From Polyangiales bacterium (lineage in GTDB: Bacteria > Myxococcota_A > Polyangia > Polyangiales > Ga0077539): a stretch of DNA of 64,000 nucleotides. The notes beneath the pieces were generated by a model, which had not been told where the DNA came from, did no database searches, and worked only from the letters and a program-made list of their open reading frames with translations. Both the position numbers and the translations under genes were made by a program. Below, in pieces: positions 1 to 10,119 of this stretch (position 1 is its first letter; every line of letters begins with the position of its first letter). Location: NCBI GenBank assembly GCA_044229975.1, contig JBGARZ010000020.1, positions 32,001 to 96,000 on the forward strand, read 5' to 3'.

Positions 1-2441
1 TGCGGCGCGCCCACGAGCGCGTCCCCGGTGCGCCCTGGCCCGAGCGCCCCGAGCGTGATCGATGAGCCAAACGAATCGCCGCCCGCGCGCTGCGGCAGCA
101 TGAGCGGCGCGCGCGACATCCAGCGGGTCGCCGCGCTCGCCGCCGCGCCCGGCGCGAGCACGTCGACCCCGCCGGTGAAGTATCCGACGCTGGTGGTTCG
201 CATCGACGCGGTCACCGCCACCGCCGCGGCGCGTCCGGTCGTCGTGCGGTCGATGGCGAGCGCGCTGCCGAGCCCCTCGGTCGCGGCGCCGCTCGTCGTC
301 CACGTCGGGGTCAGTGTTCCGCTCGTCATCGCGCTCGCGATCGCGGCCGCCGAGAACATCCACACCTGCCCCGGCGAGGCGGTTCCTACGACCCAGCCCC
401 CGACGAGGTAGTCCGCGGCGCCGTCGCCGTCGACGTCGCCCACGGCGCCCGAACCACCAGCGCCCGCGTTGGTGTCGCCGAAGAAGCGCGCCCGCGCGAG
501 CGCCGTCGTCACGAAGCGCGGGGCCGTCATCGTCCCGGCGCCGAAGGTGCCCGCCGCGAACGCGAAGACCGCGCCGCGCGACGTCCCATCGAGCACGTTG
601 GTGACCGGGTTGCGGTGGTACCGCGGCGCGCGAACCATCAGCACCGGACCGCCCGCGGTCGGCACCACCTCGACGCCCGCGCCGAAGTTCGCGAGGCCCA
701 TCGGCTCGGCGAGGCTGAGCACCCACGAGGGGCGCGGCTCGAAGCCCATGCGACCGAGTCCGCGATACACGATCACCCGCCCGAGAAACTCCGTGCGGTC
801 CGTCGCCAGCGCCAGCGGAACCCCGATGACGAGGTCGCGCGCGCCATCCCCATCGACGTCGAAGAACGCCGGCGCGTTGCCGACGTAGAGCATCTCCGTG
901 TTGTGACAACGCCCGGCCATCGGGTCGGGCAGGAAGTACTCCAGCGTCTGCCACGGGGTCGGCTCGAAGGGCCGCCCCGCACCGCCTGATCCGCGGAAGA
1001 TCTGCACGCGCCCGATCGCCGTGCACGGGCTCGTGACGATGGCCGGTCCACGCGCGCCCGGCGCCACCACGACGAGGTCGGCGTTGTCGTCGCCTGCCAC
1101 GTCTTCCAGCGCAAACGCGGCGCCGAAGCGCTCGCGCTCCGCCGCGCCCAGGAGCGTCTGCACCGGCGTCGCCCCGATGCCGTCGGTGTTGCCCGACCAG
1201 ACTTCGACGGTGCCGACGTTGGGGTAGTTGAGGCTGCGATCGCCCGACCCGACGATGACCTCCGCGCGTCCGTCGCGGGTGACGTCGCCGACGGCCAGCG
1301 CGCGCCCGATGAGGTCGTTGGCGCGGGCGCCGTCGACGGCGCTCGTGGGCTCCGCGGGCAGCGAGCCGTCGGGCCTCGCGAGGTAGAGCGCGACCCTCCC
1401 CGCGTAGGGCGCCGCGCTCTGCATCGTGGGGTGGCCCACCGCGAGGTCGGGCCGTCCATCACCGTTCACGTCGCCCCACGCGAGCGAGCCCCACGGCGTT
1501 CCCTCGCCGCGCACCGCCGGGGTCGACACGAGCTCCGCGCCCACCACGATGCGCACGGAGGCGCTGCTCCCGGTCGCGCGGTCGGTCATGCGGACGGAGG
1601 TCGCCCCGGCGCGCGCGCCCGTCGCGTCGAACCACAGCTCGGATCCCTCGCGCACCAGCGATCCACCCACGGTGTTGTCGAGCGACGGCGTCAGCGCGTC
1701 CGACCCGCCGACCCAGTCGAGCCGCACCCGACGGTTCGCTGGCACCAGCAGCACCGGCACCCGCGGCCGCAGCGCGGCGTCGGCCGTGACCTGGACGGTG
1801 ACCGGCACCTCCTGCGAGCTCGCGGTGTCCTGCACGAGCCAGGTGAGCGTTCCGGATGCGGTGCCCGCGGTGAAGGTCTGCGTGGCCGCGTCGAGCGTCC
1901 CGATCGTCGGGGCTGGCGGGTTGAGCGCCGTCCAGCGGGTCGCGCCCAGCGAGCCCGTCACCGCGAAGCGCACCGACGCGCCGGGCTGCACCCGCACCAC
2001 CGCGGGCTCGACCGTCAGCGGCCCCACCACCTCGACCTGGGCGCTCGCGCGGAGGTCACACGGGCCGTCCTCGGCGGTCACCTCGAAGGTCACCGCCTGG
2101 GCGCCCGCCGTCACCCGGCCGCCGAGCGACACCGTCGTCCCACGCAGCGTCTCGGGCGCCGTCGCGTGGAAGATCACCAGCGCCCGCGATCCGCCTGCCG
2201 TGCTCAGGGACGCGACCGTCCCCGTCGCGAGTCGCAGGCGTGGTGGGTCGATGGTGAGCGGCGTACACGTCGCCGGCTCGCCGCCGTCGATGGCGTCGGC
2301 CGGGCTGACGCCGTCCGTCGCGCAGTCGCAGCCGGCTTCCGGGTGCCAGAGGTCGTCGGTGAGCGCCGCGTCGGAGGGCGCGGGCGCGTCGGCGCAGGCG
2401 GCGAGGAGGGCCACCGCGCCGAGGAGGCCGGTCGCTCTCAT
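1..2441 (-). CDS. FG-GAP (integrin-alpha-like beta-propeller) repeat lipoprotein, 3' end outside window
   Basis: Not in ORF track because it has no stop in the window. Minus strand from ATG 2441 reads MRATGLLGAVALLAAC (lipobox), then WGDVNGDGRPDLAVG, GDVTRDGRAEVIVG, FDVDGDGARDLVIG, GDVDGDGAADYLVG. Start overlaps the stop of the upstream DUF1501 gene (ATGA). Confidence 0.85.
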   Translation of the reverse strand, partial: MRATGLLGAVALLAACADAPAPSDAALTDDLWHPEAGCDCATDGVSPADAIDGGEPATCTPLTIDPPRLRLATGTVASLSTAGGSRALVIFHATAPETLRGTTVSLGGRVTAGAQAVTFEVTAEDGPCDLRASAQVEVVGPLTVEPAVVRVQPGASVRFAVTGSLGATRWTALNPPAPTIGTLDAATQTFTAGTASGTLTWLVQDTASSQEVPVTVQVTADAALRPRVPVLLVPANRRVRLDWVGGSDALTPSLDNTVGGSLVREGSELWFDATGARAGATSVRMTDRATGSSASVRIVVGAELVSTPAVRGEGTPWGSLAWGDVNGDGRPDLAVGHPTMQSAAPYAGRVALYLARPDGSLPAEPTSAVDGARANDLIGRALAVGDVTRDGRAEVIVGSGDRSLNYPNVGTVEVWSGNTDGIGATPVQTLLGAAERERFGAAFALEDVAGDDNADLVVVAPGARGPAIVTSPCTAIGRVQIFRGSGGAGRPFEPTPWQTLEYFLPDPMAGRCHNTEMLYVGNAPAFFDVDGDGARDLVIGVPLALATDRTEFLGRVIVYRGLGRMGFEPRPSWVLSLAEPMGLANFGAGVEVVPTAGGPVLMVRAPRYHRNPVTNVLDGTSRGAVFAFAAGTFGAGTMTAPRFVTTALARARFFGDTNAGAGGSGAVGDVDGDGAADYLVGGWVVGTASPGQVWMFSAAAIASAMTSGTLTPTWTTSGAATEGLGSALAIDRTTTGRAAAVAVTASMRTTSVGYFTGGVDVLAPGAAASAATRWMSRAPLMLPQRAGGDSFGSSITLGALGPGRTGDALVGAP

Positions 2442-3889
2442 GGGGTGCCCGCCGGGACGAGCGCCGCGGTGATGGGCGGCTCGCGGAAGCGCTCGGTGGA
2501 GAGGCCCGCGGAGGCCATGAGGGTCGTGGCGATGTGCGCCGGGGTCATGAGCACCCCAGAGTCCGAGGCGCGGTTGTTGACGATGTCCCACGGCACCGGG
2601 GCCATGCCGACGTCGGTGGTGGCGCCGACGACGGTGTTGCCGCGGATGCCCGCGCCGAGGAGCATCAGCGAGGAGGCCGCGTGGTGGTCGCGCCCGCCGT
2701 AGCTGTTGAAGAGCGGCATGCGCGCAAACTCCGAGAAGCCGATGACGGTCGTGTGGTCGAGGAAGGTTCCGCCCGCGGGGTGAGGGGACGAGCGCAGGTC
2801 GTCGAGCAGCGCCGTGAACGCGTTGACGCCGGGCGCGAGCAGCCGCGCGTGGTCGGCGTTGCCCTGGAAGTGCGTGTCGGTGCCGCCGCCGACGGCGACG
2901 CTGACCACCTGGGAGACGCCCGTCTTGATGGCCTGCACGGCGAGGGCGGCGCGGGCCGCGGGGTGATCGAACTCGCCGCGGGCGAAGCCGTAGCGCGCGC
3001 GAATCGCCTGCGCGGCCGGGGTGTCGGCGCTGACGAACTCGAAGTTGCTCGCGACGTTTTCGCGCACGAGGGCGTCGGCGGTGGCGCGCGACTCCCGGGC
3101 GATGGACCAGAGGTCGCGGCGGTCGTAGCGCTGCTCGTCGCACGAGCCTGGAGTCATGGCGCGCCGCGCGAGGGCGGCCTCGACCGCGTCGGGCTCGTTG
3201 GTGCCGGTGGGCGCGAGCACGAGCACCATGTCTTCGGCGTTGCGGACGGAGAGCGCGCTGGTGTTGGCGGGGAAGCGGTCGTTGTAGGTCTCGACGTTGA
3301 CCGAGAGGTTGAGCAGCGGCCGGGCCACGACGCGCGGCGCGAGCAGGGCGGCGACCTCCGTGGCGATGCTCGACCCGCGCGCGCTGGTGCCGACGGGGTA
3401 CTCGCCGGTGAGGAAGTAGCGGTAGGCGACCTCGTGGCCGAGCGCGGACATCTCGATGCCGCGGAGGATGCACATGCGGTCGGCGAAGTCGGTGAGCTGC
3501 ACGCGGGCGCCGACGCGCTGGCCCATCGGACCGAAGACCAGCGGGCTCGCGCCGGCCGGGCGGGTGAGCTGCGCGCGGTACCCGAAGAGACCGTCGATGT
3601 CGGCGTAGCGGGGCTCGATGAGGGTGCGGCTGCGCTCCGAGTCGGGGAAGCGCGCGGGGTCGCGCGGGTCGAGCAGGAGGAGCTGGTCCCAGCCGCCCGG
3701 GAAGTAGCAGAACAGAAACGCGCGCCCCGACGGCAGCGGCAGGTCGGCGTGGGCGAGGCGACTGAACCCGAAGGCCCCGGCCGCGGCGACGCCGGCGCCG
3801 CCGAGCGCTCCACCCAGGAAGCGGCGGCGGGTGAAGGTGAATCCCTCGCGCGCGCGGCGCTCCTGATCACTGGGCCTTCGGATGGACAT
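2438..3889 (-). CDS. DUF1501 family Tat-exported protein
   Basis: Twin-arginine signal TRRRFLGG; GGWDQLLLLDP, GGTDTH, FSEFARMP..N..GGRDH motifs typical of DUF1501. Confidence 0.85.
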   Translation of the reverse strand: MSIRRPSDQERRAREGFTFTRRRFLGGALGGAGVAAAGAFGFSRLAHADLPLPSGRAFLFCYFPGGWDQLLLLDPRDPARFPDSERSRTLIEPRYADIDGLFGYRAQLTRPAGASPLVFGPMGQRVGARVQLTDFADRMCILRGIEMSALGHEVAYRYFLTGEYPVGTSARGSSIATEVAALLAPRVVARPLLNLSVNVETYNDRFPANTSALSVRNAEDMVLVLAPTGTNEPDAVEAALARRAMTPGSCDEQRYDRRDLWSIARESRATADALVRENVASNFEFVSADTPAAQAIRARYGFARGEFDHPAARAALAVQAIKTGVSQVVSVAVGGGTDTHFQGNADHARLLAPGVNAFTALLDDLRSSPHPAGGTFLDHTTVIGFSEFARMPLFNSYGGRDHHAASSLMLLGAGIRGNTVVGATTDVGMAPVPWDIVNNRASDSGVLMTPAHIATTLMASAGLSTERFREPPITAALVPAGTP

Positions 3890-3919
3890 CGTGCGTAACT
3901 CCGATCGGGGCGTAAGCGG

Positions 3920-4666
3920 TCAGTAGGTGAGGAAGCGCGTGTCGGTGGCGAAGGCGATGCAGACGGCCCGCCACCCGTCGAGCGGTGTGGCGCGGGGCTG
4001 CGCGACGGCCACGCGAAACACCTCGAGCACACCCTCGACGGTCTCGCTGGTGGGCGCGAGCTGGAGGCCCCAGAGGCGCATCGCGAGGGCGGCGATGTTG
4101 GCGCGCACCGCCGTCTCGTTGGCCGGAACGGTGTCGGTCTCGCTCACGGTGAGCAGCAGGCGGCGCTCGGTCGCGGGGCGCGCGGCGTCGAGCACCACGC
4201 CCCGCGCACAGACGCTGCGGGCGGCGTCGCCGGACAGCTTGCTGAAGGTCACGGTGGGCTCCAGCACCTCGGAGGTCGTCGCGACGAAGTCGGGCCGCCC
4301 CAGCGTCGCCGCGAAGAACTCGATCATGTCGGTGTTGGGTTCGAAGCGCGTCCCGCCCGGGACCTCTGGCGCGGGGAGCTGCCGCGGGGCCGTCCAGCTC
4401 GCGCCGAGGAGCCCTTCGAGCGAGGCGCGAAACTGGTCGATGTCGAGGCGCCGCGGGGCGCGCCCGACGTGGGCGGCGCGCGACGGATCATCGAGCCGCA
4501 GCGGCGTGGTCATGGGCGGGTGGTTGCCGGGCATCACCGGCGTGGCGGAGCCCGTGACCGTGCGGTCGCGGACGATGCCCGGCGGAGCGGTGACGACCGG
4601 AGCAGGAGCGGTGGAGTCGCAGGCGGCGAGGAGGGAGGCGAGCCCGAGGGTGATGGTGCGCTTCAT
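3920..4666 (-). CDS. Hypothetical lipoprotein of the DUF1501/DUF1585-type operon
   Basis: ATG at 4666 (MKRTITLGLASLLAAC lipobox) coupled to the upstream stop (TGATG); C-terminal GWRAVCIAFATDTRFLTY resembles ends of proteins in these operons. Confidence 0.7.
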   Translation of the reverse strand: MKRTITLGLASLLAACDSTAPAPVVTAPPGIVRDRTVTGSATPVMPGNHPPMTTPLRLDDPSRAAHVGRAPRRLDIDQFRASLEGLLGASWTAPRQLPAPEVPGGTRFEPNTDMIEFFAATLGRPDFVATTSEVLEPTVTFSKLSGDAARSVCARGVVLDAARPATERRLLLTVSETDTVPANETAVRANIAALAMRLWGLQLAPTSETVEGVLEVFRVAVAQPRATPLDGWRAVCIAFATDTRFLTY

Positions 4667-6822
4667 CAATCGACCCTCCGATACGCGGGGGACATCACGA
4701 CGGCGCGAACGAGCGAGCGGTAGCTGCGCCCGTGGGCCTCGAAGTCGCGCACGAGCGCGGGGAGCACATCTTCCGCCTCGGTCGGGCTCATCGGGCGGTT
4801 GAGCAGGCGTTCCCAGGTGGAGCGCACGGTGCACGACTGGAGCTCGCCGCTCGCGAGGGTCTCGGTCACGACGCTGGAGGGCCCGGTGTCGATGCGGCGC
4901 ACGTCCGCGGGGCTGCGGTAGAGGTACGTCTCGAGCGTTCCGAGGAAGGGCACCGCGTCGCCGTCGAGGGCGGTGGTGATGTAGTGGCGGCAGCGGTGCG
5001 GGCAGGCGGCGCCGGTGCACGACGCGCAGACCGGATCGAAGGTCGGGAAGTCGTCGGTGTTGAGGTAGTTGGTGCCGCGCTCGGCCCACCGTCCCCACGC
5101 CGCGCCGAGGGGCTCGATGGAGGCGTGGCAGTACTGGCAGCCGCAGCGGCGCGCGAGGTTCGCTTCGAGGTTGCACGAGTCCTCGGGCGGCGGCGGCGGG
5201 TCCGTCGACGGCTGAAACGGTCGACACAGAAAGGCCGTGCGGAAGCGGTTGATGCGCGCCCGGCGCGTGGCGAAGCGCGCGAGGAAGACGGGCGTCGTCA
5301 GCACGCCGCTGTGCTCCGGGTTGCGGAGGTAGGAGTGCCACTGCGGGTCGTCGATGGGCACGTCGGGCAGCGCCTCGGGCGGCGCCGACGGGCTGAAGTC
5401 GATCTCGCCCATCTGGCTGGTCTGGTAGCGGTTCATGAAGGCGAGCGCGCCGTTGGCGAGGCCGCGGCGGGTCGTGAAGATGGTCGCGTAGTCCTCGTCC
5501 TGGCCGACCACCGAGGCGACGATCTCCAGGGGCTCGCGGTTGAGTGATTCGAGCAGGTGCCCGAGCGTCGACGACAACCGCTGGAAGCTACCGGTGAAGG
5601 GGAAGCACGACGCGCCCTGCGGGCCGCACCCGCACGAGCTGTCCATGAAGATGCCGGGGCGACAGGGCAGCCGGGTGTTGAGGCTGACCGTGCGCTCCTG
5701 GGCCTGGTAGGCGCAGGTCTTCACCCAGTGCCCGCTGGCCCAGTACGGCTGCGTGAGCACCCAGCCCTCCTGGCGTATCTCCACGCGCGACTGAAACCGC
5801 ACCGAGACCCGGTTGTCGCAGGGGTTGACGACCTCGGTGTAGCCCGCGGGGCAGGCGTAGCCGGGGCCGTCGCCGGGCACCATCCGTCCGCCCACGAGCT
5901 TCGTCTTCGACTCGTAGTCGGCGCGCACGAACTCCCCGCCTGCCCCGGTGCCGACGTTGCGGCGGCAGTAGTTGGGGCACGTGCGGACGTCGTCGTAGGG
6001 GAGCGGGATGTCGCTCTCGTCGTAGTAGTACCGGCGCTGCCCCGTGCGCGCGGACGTGTAGTACGCGCGGTTGTCGCTGTCGTGCGGCCAACGGGTGCTG
6101 GAGGCGGCGACGCGCGCCGGGGGATACTCCACGTCGACGTCGCAGCCGATGTAGCTGTCGCCGCCGCGGAGCAGGCGGTCGCCGATGGCGGGGCCGCGGT
6201 CGAAGGTGGCAGGCAACGCCTGGGACTTGGCCACGCAGGCCGGGTCGGCGGGGTTGTAGGTCGCGTTGCGGACGAGGCAGCACGCCGGGTGGTTGGGGTT
6301 GGCGGGCGTGCAGCACGACGCCGCGGTGATGTGGTTGGGGTCGCCGACCGGCGGGCACACCGCCTCGTCCGAGCGGCGGTCCATCTCGCGCACCAGGCGC
6401 TCGGGGTTGATGTTGGAGTCGCTGAGCCCCGCGCTGGCGCCGTTGGTGCGCGGAGGAACCACCGCGAGGCACGCCCCGATGGTGAGCTGGAAGCCCGCCA
6501 TGCTCGGCCACAGGAGGTCGGCGTGCCATCGCTTCACCCGGTCGATGAAGCGCGTGTCGCGGAGCATCGCGTCGACCGTGGCGTCGGGCACCGACCCTTG
6601 CGCCTCGACGGCCCGGTACTCCTCGGGCGTGGGCGGTGCGCCGCGCAGGTCGAGGGAGAGCTGGCGGAGCAGTCGCGACGGCGTTGCCTCCGCCCCGGGG
6701 CACTCGGTCGACGCGGCGACCGCAGCGCGCGTCGGCGGGGCGTGGTCGACGCCCACGCAGGAGAGCGCGGCGAACAGCCCCACCCACAACCCCAGACGCC
6801 CCACCCCTGACATCGATCGCAT
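4666..6822 (-). CDS. DUF1585/DUF1588-like secreted protein with CxxCH heme-binding motif
   Basis: RLLRQLSLDLRG.PP N-terminal motif, HSGVLTTP.FL.RF...R.R, CQYCH, C-terminal ERLLNR...FEAHG.SYRSLVRAVV.SPAY. Start 6822 or 6813. Confidence 0.75.
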   Translation of the reverse strand: MRSMSGVGRLGLWVGLFAALSCVGVDHAPPTRAAVAASTECPGAEATPSRLLRQLSLDLRGAPPTPEEYRAVEAQGSVPDATVDAMLRDTRFIDRVKRWHADLLWPSMAGFQLTIGACLAVVPPRTNGASAGLSDSNINPERLVREMDRRSDEAVCPPVGDPNHITAASCCTPANPNHPACCLVRNATYNPADPACVAKSQALPATFDRGPAIGDRLLRGGDSYIGCDVDVEYPPARVAASSTRWPHDSDNRAYYTSARTGQRRYYYDESDIPLPYDDVRTCPNYCRRNVGTGAGGEFVRADYESKTKLVGGRMVPGDGPGYACPAGYTEVVNPCDNRVSVRFQSRVEIRQEGWVLTQPYWASGHWVKTCAYQAQERTVSLNTRLPCRPGIFMDSSCGCGPQGASCFPFTGSFQRLSSTLGHLLESLNREPLEIVASVVGQDEDYATIFTTRRGLANGALAFMNRYQTSQMGEIDFSPSAPPEALPDVPIDDPQWHSYLRNPEHSGVLTTPVFLARFATRRARINRFRTAFLCRPFQPSTDPPPPPEDSCNLEANLARRCGCQYCHASIEPLGAAWGRWAERGTNYLNTDDFPTFDPVCASCTGAACPHRCRHYITTALDGDAVPFLGTLETYLYRSPADVRRIDTGPSSVVTETLASGELQSCTVRSTWERLLNRPMSPTEAEDVLPALVRDFEAHGRSYRSLVRAVVMSPAYRRVD

Positions 6823-6928
6823 GAGCCGTTTCTCCCGTCGCTCCGCGACCTGTTGCGCCCGATCGGCGGTTGGTTCAGCCGGGACGCACATTCGCGTCCC
6901 GACCTTTACCCGCGCTGAAAATCGGCGT

Positions 6929-8491
6929 CTACGGCTGCGGCGTGGAGCCCCCGCGAGGCGCGCCCGCCGCCACGGCCAGCGCGTAGCGCGTCCAGTTGGG
7001 GTCACCGCGGTAGATGGTTCGGTTGACCTCCGCGCAGAGCAGGCCCTCGGCGGCCACGGTGCAGGCCCGTGAAGTGATGGTGTTCCGCTCTTCGAGGGTG
7101 ACGGCGTCGGCGGTGAACTCCGCGCGGTCGATCCATCCCCAGGCGCTGCCGGCGCGACCCGTGACGCGGGCGACACCGGCCGAGCGCAGCGCCGCGGCGA
7201 GCGTCGCGTCGCTGGTGTCGTGTTGGCCCTCGATGAAGCGCAGCACCGATGCGCGCGCCGCCGGGTCGCTGTACCGGACGGCCACCCACGTCGTGCCCAC
7301 CATCTGACCCGTGATGTCGGGAGCGCTGGCGGGTCGCAGCGAGAGGTCGACGGTCATCGATCCGCGGGGGCTGGCTTCGAGCCGCCACGCAAACGAGCTC
7401 CGGGGTGAGCTCGGCGTTCGCACCCGGAAGCCCACGGCGGCGAGGCGTTCGCGCACGCTGGCCTCATCGACGGCGCCGATCGCGCGCGCCGGGAGCGTCG
7501 CCACGACGGGCGCGACGGAGCCGGTGGCGGGTCGGTTGGAAAGCTCCTGCTCGGCCGCGGCTTCGTGGGCGGCGGCGCTGCGGGCGTAGCTCTCGTGCAC
7601 CTCGGCCCGGTGGGACTCGCGGAGCGAGAGCGCGACGGGAACGCTCGCGACGACGACCGCGGCCGCGACGCCGTGCGCGATGAGGGACACGCCGCGGGCC
7701 GACCCGACGGGCTGCGTGGGTGCGGCGAGGAGGGGATGGGTGAAGACGGCCCACCAGCGGTCGGCGCTGAGGGCGACGAAGAAGAGCGCCGGGGCGATGT
7801 GCCAGGAGACGCCGCGCTCCATGACGAGCAGAAACAGCATCGCCGTGAGGGCGACGGTGAGGAGCGACGTGACGATGGCGCGTGACCAGACACGGATGCG
7901 TTCGCTGGCGAGGGCAGGTCCCAGGATCGCCGGGTCGACGGGTGCTCCGACGAGGTGGAGGGTGATGGCGGCGAAGCGGTCGTAGCCGTGGAAGTACGAG
8001 GTGGAGTCGGCGAAGGGGCGCTCGGTCGGCGAGAGGTACAGCGTCGAGCGCAGCACCGTGTTGGTGGTGACGGTGCCGGTGTCGCGGTTGCGCCAGCGGC
8101 TCTTCTCCTGGGTGCGTCGGACGACGGGTCGCAGCGCATCGAAGGAGAGGTCGGCGCCGTTGGTGAGCCACCGCACGATGGACGCGCCGCGGGCCCGTCG
8201 GGTGCGCGGGTCGAGCACGAGCATCTTGCGGGTGAGGGCGAGGCCGGGGAGCAGGATCATCACGGCGAGCACCGCCTGGGGCACGCCCGCGAGGCTGGAG
8301 ACCAGCGCGCCGACGAGGGCGATCTCGACGACCATGCGATAGCCCCACGCGCCGGGGACGGCGACGACGACCGCGCCGACCGACGACGCAGCGGGGGCGG
8401 GCGCGTACGGGGGCGGTGCGGGCTGCTGGGCGTAGGGGTTGTAGGCGGGCTGCTGGTACGGCGGCTGGTGGGGAAACTGCTGGTTGTGCAT
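6929..8491 (-). CDS. Hypothetical membrane protein with Gln/Pro-rich N-terminus
   Basis: Long ORF; MHNQQFPHQPPYQQPAYNPY start and several hydrophobic segments. Confidence 0.65.
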   Translation of the reverse strand: MHNQQFPHQPPYQQPAYNPYAQQPAPPPYAPAPAASSVGAVVVAVPGAWGYRMVVEIALVGALVSSLAGVPQAVLAVMILLPGLALTRKMLVLDPRTRRARGASIVRWLTNGADLSFDALRPVVRRTQEKSRWRNRDTGTVTTNTVLRSTLYLSPTERPFADSTSYFHGYDRFAAITLHLVGAPVDPAILGPALASERIRVWSRAIVTSLLTVALTAMLFLLVMERGVSWHIAPALFFVALSADRWWAVFTHPLLAAPTQPVGSARGVSLIAHGVAAAVVVASVPVALSLRESHRAEVHESYARSAAAHEAAAEQELSNRPATGSVAPVVATLPARAIGAVDEASVRERLAAVGFRVRTPSSPRSSFAWRLEASPRGSMTVDLSLRPASAPDITGQMVGTTWVAVRYSDPAARASVLRFIEGQHDTSDATLAAALRSAGVARVTGRAGSAWGWIDRAEFTADAVTLEERNTITSRACTVAAEGLLCAEVNRTIYRGDPNWTRYALAVAAGAPRGGSTPQP

Positions 8492-8616
8492 GGGGGTGGT
8501 ACTCCGGTCGGACGACGGCACCACAGGGTCGGAAGGCGCTGGTCTCAATCTCCCTCAAAGGACATCAACGGAGCGGCGTTGCGGGCGCCGCGGGTTGTGT
8601 GCGAACACCCGACGCC

Positions 8617-10119
8617 ATGTTCAAGAAGGTGCTGGTGGCCAACCGGGGTGAGATCGCGGTGCGGGTGATTCGCACGCTGCACGAGATGGGCATCGCCGCG
8701 GTGGCGGTGTACTCGGAGGCCGACCGGTCGGCGCTCCACGTGCGGATGGCCGACGAGGCGTGGCCGATCGGCCCGGCGCCCGCGCGCGAGTCGTACCTCG
8801 ACATCGGGAAGGTCATCGACGCGGCGAAGAAGTCGGGCGCCGAGGCGATCCACCCGGGCTACGGCTTCCTCTCGGAGAACCCCGATTTCGTCGACGCGTG
8901 CACGGTCGCGGGCCTGGTGTTCATCGGGCCGCCGTCGAGCGCGATGCGGGCCATGGGGAGCAAGCCCGCCGCGCGCGCGGTGATGAGCGCCGCGGGTGTT
9001 CCCGTGGTGCCCGGCGCCCAGCCCGGGAGCATCGAAGAACTCCTCGCCGCCGCCGATCGCGTGGGCTACCCCGTGATGCTGAAGGCCGCGGCGGGTGGCG
9101 GCGGCAAGGGCATGCGCGAGGTCGAACGCCCGGAAGACCTCCCGGCCGCCTTCGAGCGCGCGCAGAGCGAGGCGCTCAAGAGCTTCGGCGACGCGACGGT
9201 GTACCTGGAGAAGCTCGTGGTGCGCCCGCGGCACGTCGAGATCCAGGTGCTGGGCGATCGCGACGGCAACATCGTGCATGTGTTTGATCGCGACTGCTCG
9301 GTGCAGCGACGTCACCAGAAGGTGGTGGAGGAGGCGCCGTCGCCCGCGGTGTCCGCCGAACTCGTGAAGCGCATGGGCGAGGTGGCGGTGCGCGGCGCAC
9401 AGGCCGTGGGGTACTTCTCGGCGGGGACGTTTGAGTTCCTGCTGGGCGAGGACGGCAGCTTCTACTTCCTCGAAATGAACACCCGCCTTCAGGTGGAGCA
9501 CCCCGTCACCGAGCTCATCACGGGCCTCGACCTGGTGCGCGAGATGGTGCGCGTGGCCGACGGTCAGCCGCTGGGCTTCCAACAGAGCGACCTCATGCGA
9601 CGCGGTCATGCGATCGAGTGCCGCGTGTACGCGGAAGACCCGTCGAGCGGCTTTCTCCCGTCGCCGGGCCGCATCGAGAAGCTGCGGGTTCCGGGCGGTC
9701 CGGGCGTGCGCGATGACGGCGGCGCGTACCCGGGGTGCGAGATCAGCAGCTTCTACGACCCGCTCATCTCGAAGCTGAGCGTGTGGGCGCCCGACCGTCC
9801 TCGCGCGGTGGAGCGCATGGCGCGCGCGCTGCGGGAGTACGTGGTGACCGGCATCCGCACGAACCTCGCGTTCCACCAGCGGCTGATGGCGCACCCGGCG
9901 TTCATCAAGGGCGACTACGACACGGGGTTCATCGAGCGCTTCCGTGAGGAGCTGGTCGGGTACCCGGAGGTGGCGGTCGACGACGCGGAGGCGTGGGCGG
10001 TGGCGACGGCGCTGGCGGCGTCGCGGCTGGAGTCGACGCCGAAGGCCGCGACCGCGGAGGGAAGCGGCGGCGGTGGATTGTCGCCGTGGGTGCTGACCGA
10101 GCGGGGTCGGTGGTCGTGA
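8617..10119 (+). CDS. accC: Acetyl/propionyl-CoA carboxylase biotin carboxylase subunit
   Basis: MFKKVLVANRGEIAVRVI, IHPGYGFLSEN, KAAAGGGGKGMR, RDCSVQRRHQK, EMNTRLQVEH; no biotin-carrier domain. Confidence 0.93.
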   Translation: MFKKVLVANRGEIAVRVIRTLHEMGIAAVAVYSEADRSALHVRMADEAWPIGPAPARESYLDIGKVIDAAKKSGAEAIHPGYGFLSENPDFVDACTVAGLVFIGPPSSAMRAMGSKPAARAVMSAAGVPVVPGAQPGSIEELLAAADRVGYPVMLKAAAGGGGKGMREVERPEDLPAAFERAQSEALKSFGDATVYLEKLVVRPRHVEIQVLGDRDGNIVHVFDRDCSVQRRHQKVVEEAPSPAVSAELVKRMGEVAVRGAQAVGYFSAGTFEFLLGEDGSFYFLEMNTRLQVEHPVTELITGLDLVREMVRVADGQPLGFQQSDLMRRGHAIECRVYAEDPSSGFLPSPGRIEKLRVPGGPGVRDDGGAYPGCEISSFYDPLISKLSVWAPDRPRAVERMARALREYVVTGIRTNLAFHQRLMAHPAFIKGDYDTGFIERFREELVGYPEVAVDDAEAWAVATALAASRLESTPKAATAEGSGGGGLSPWVLTERGRWS

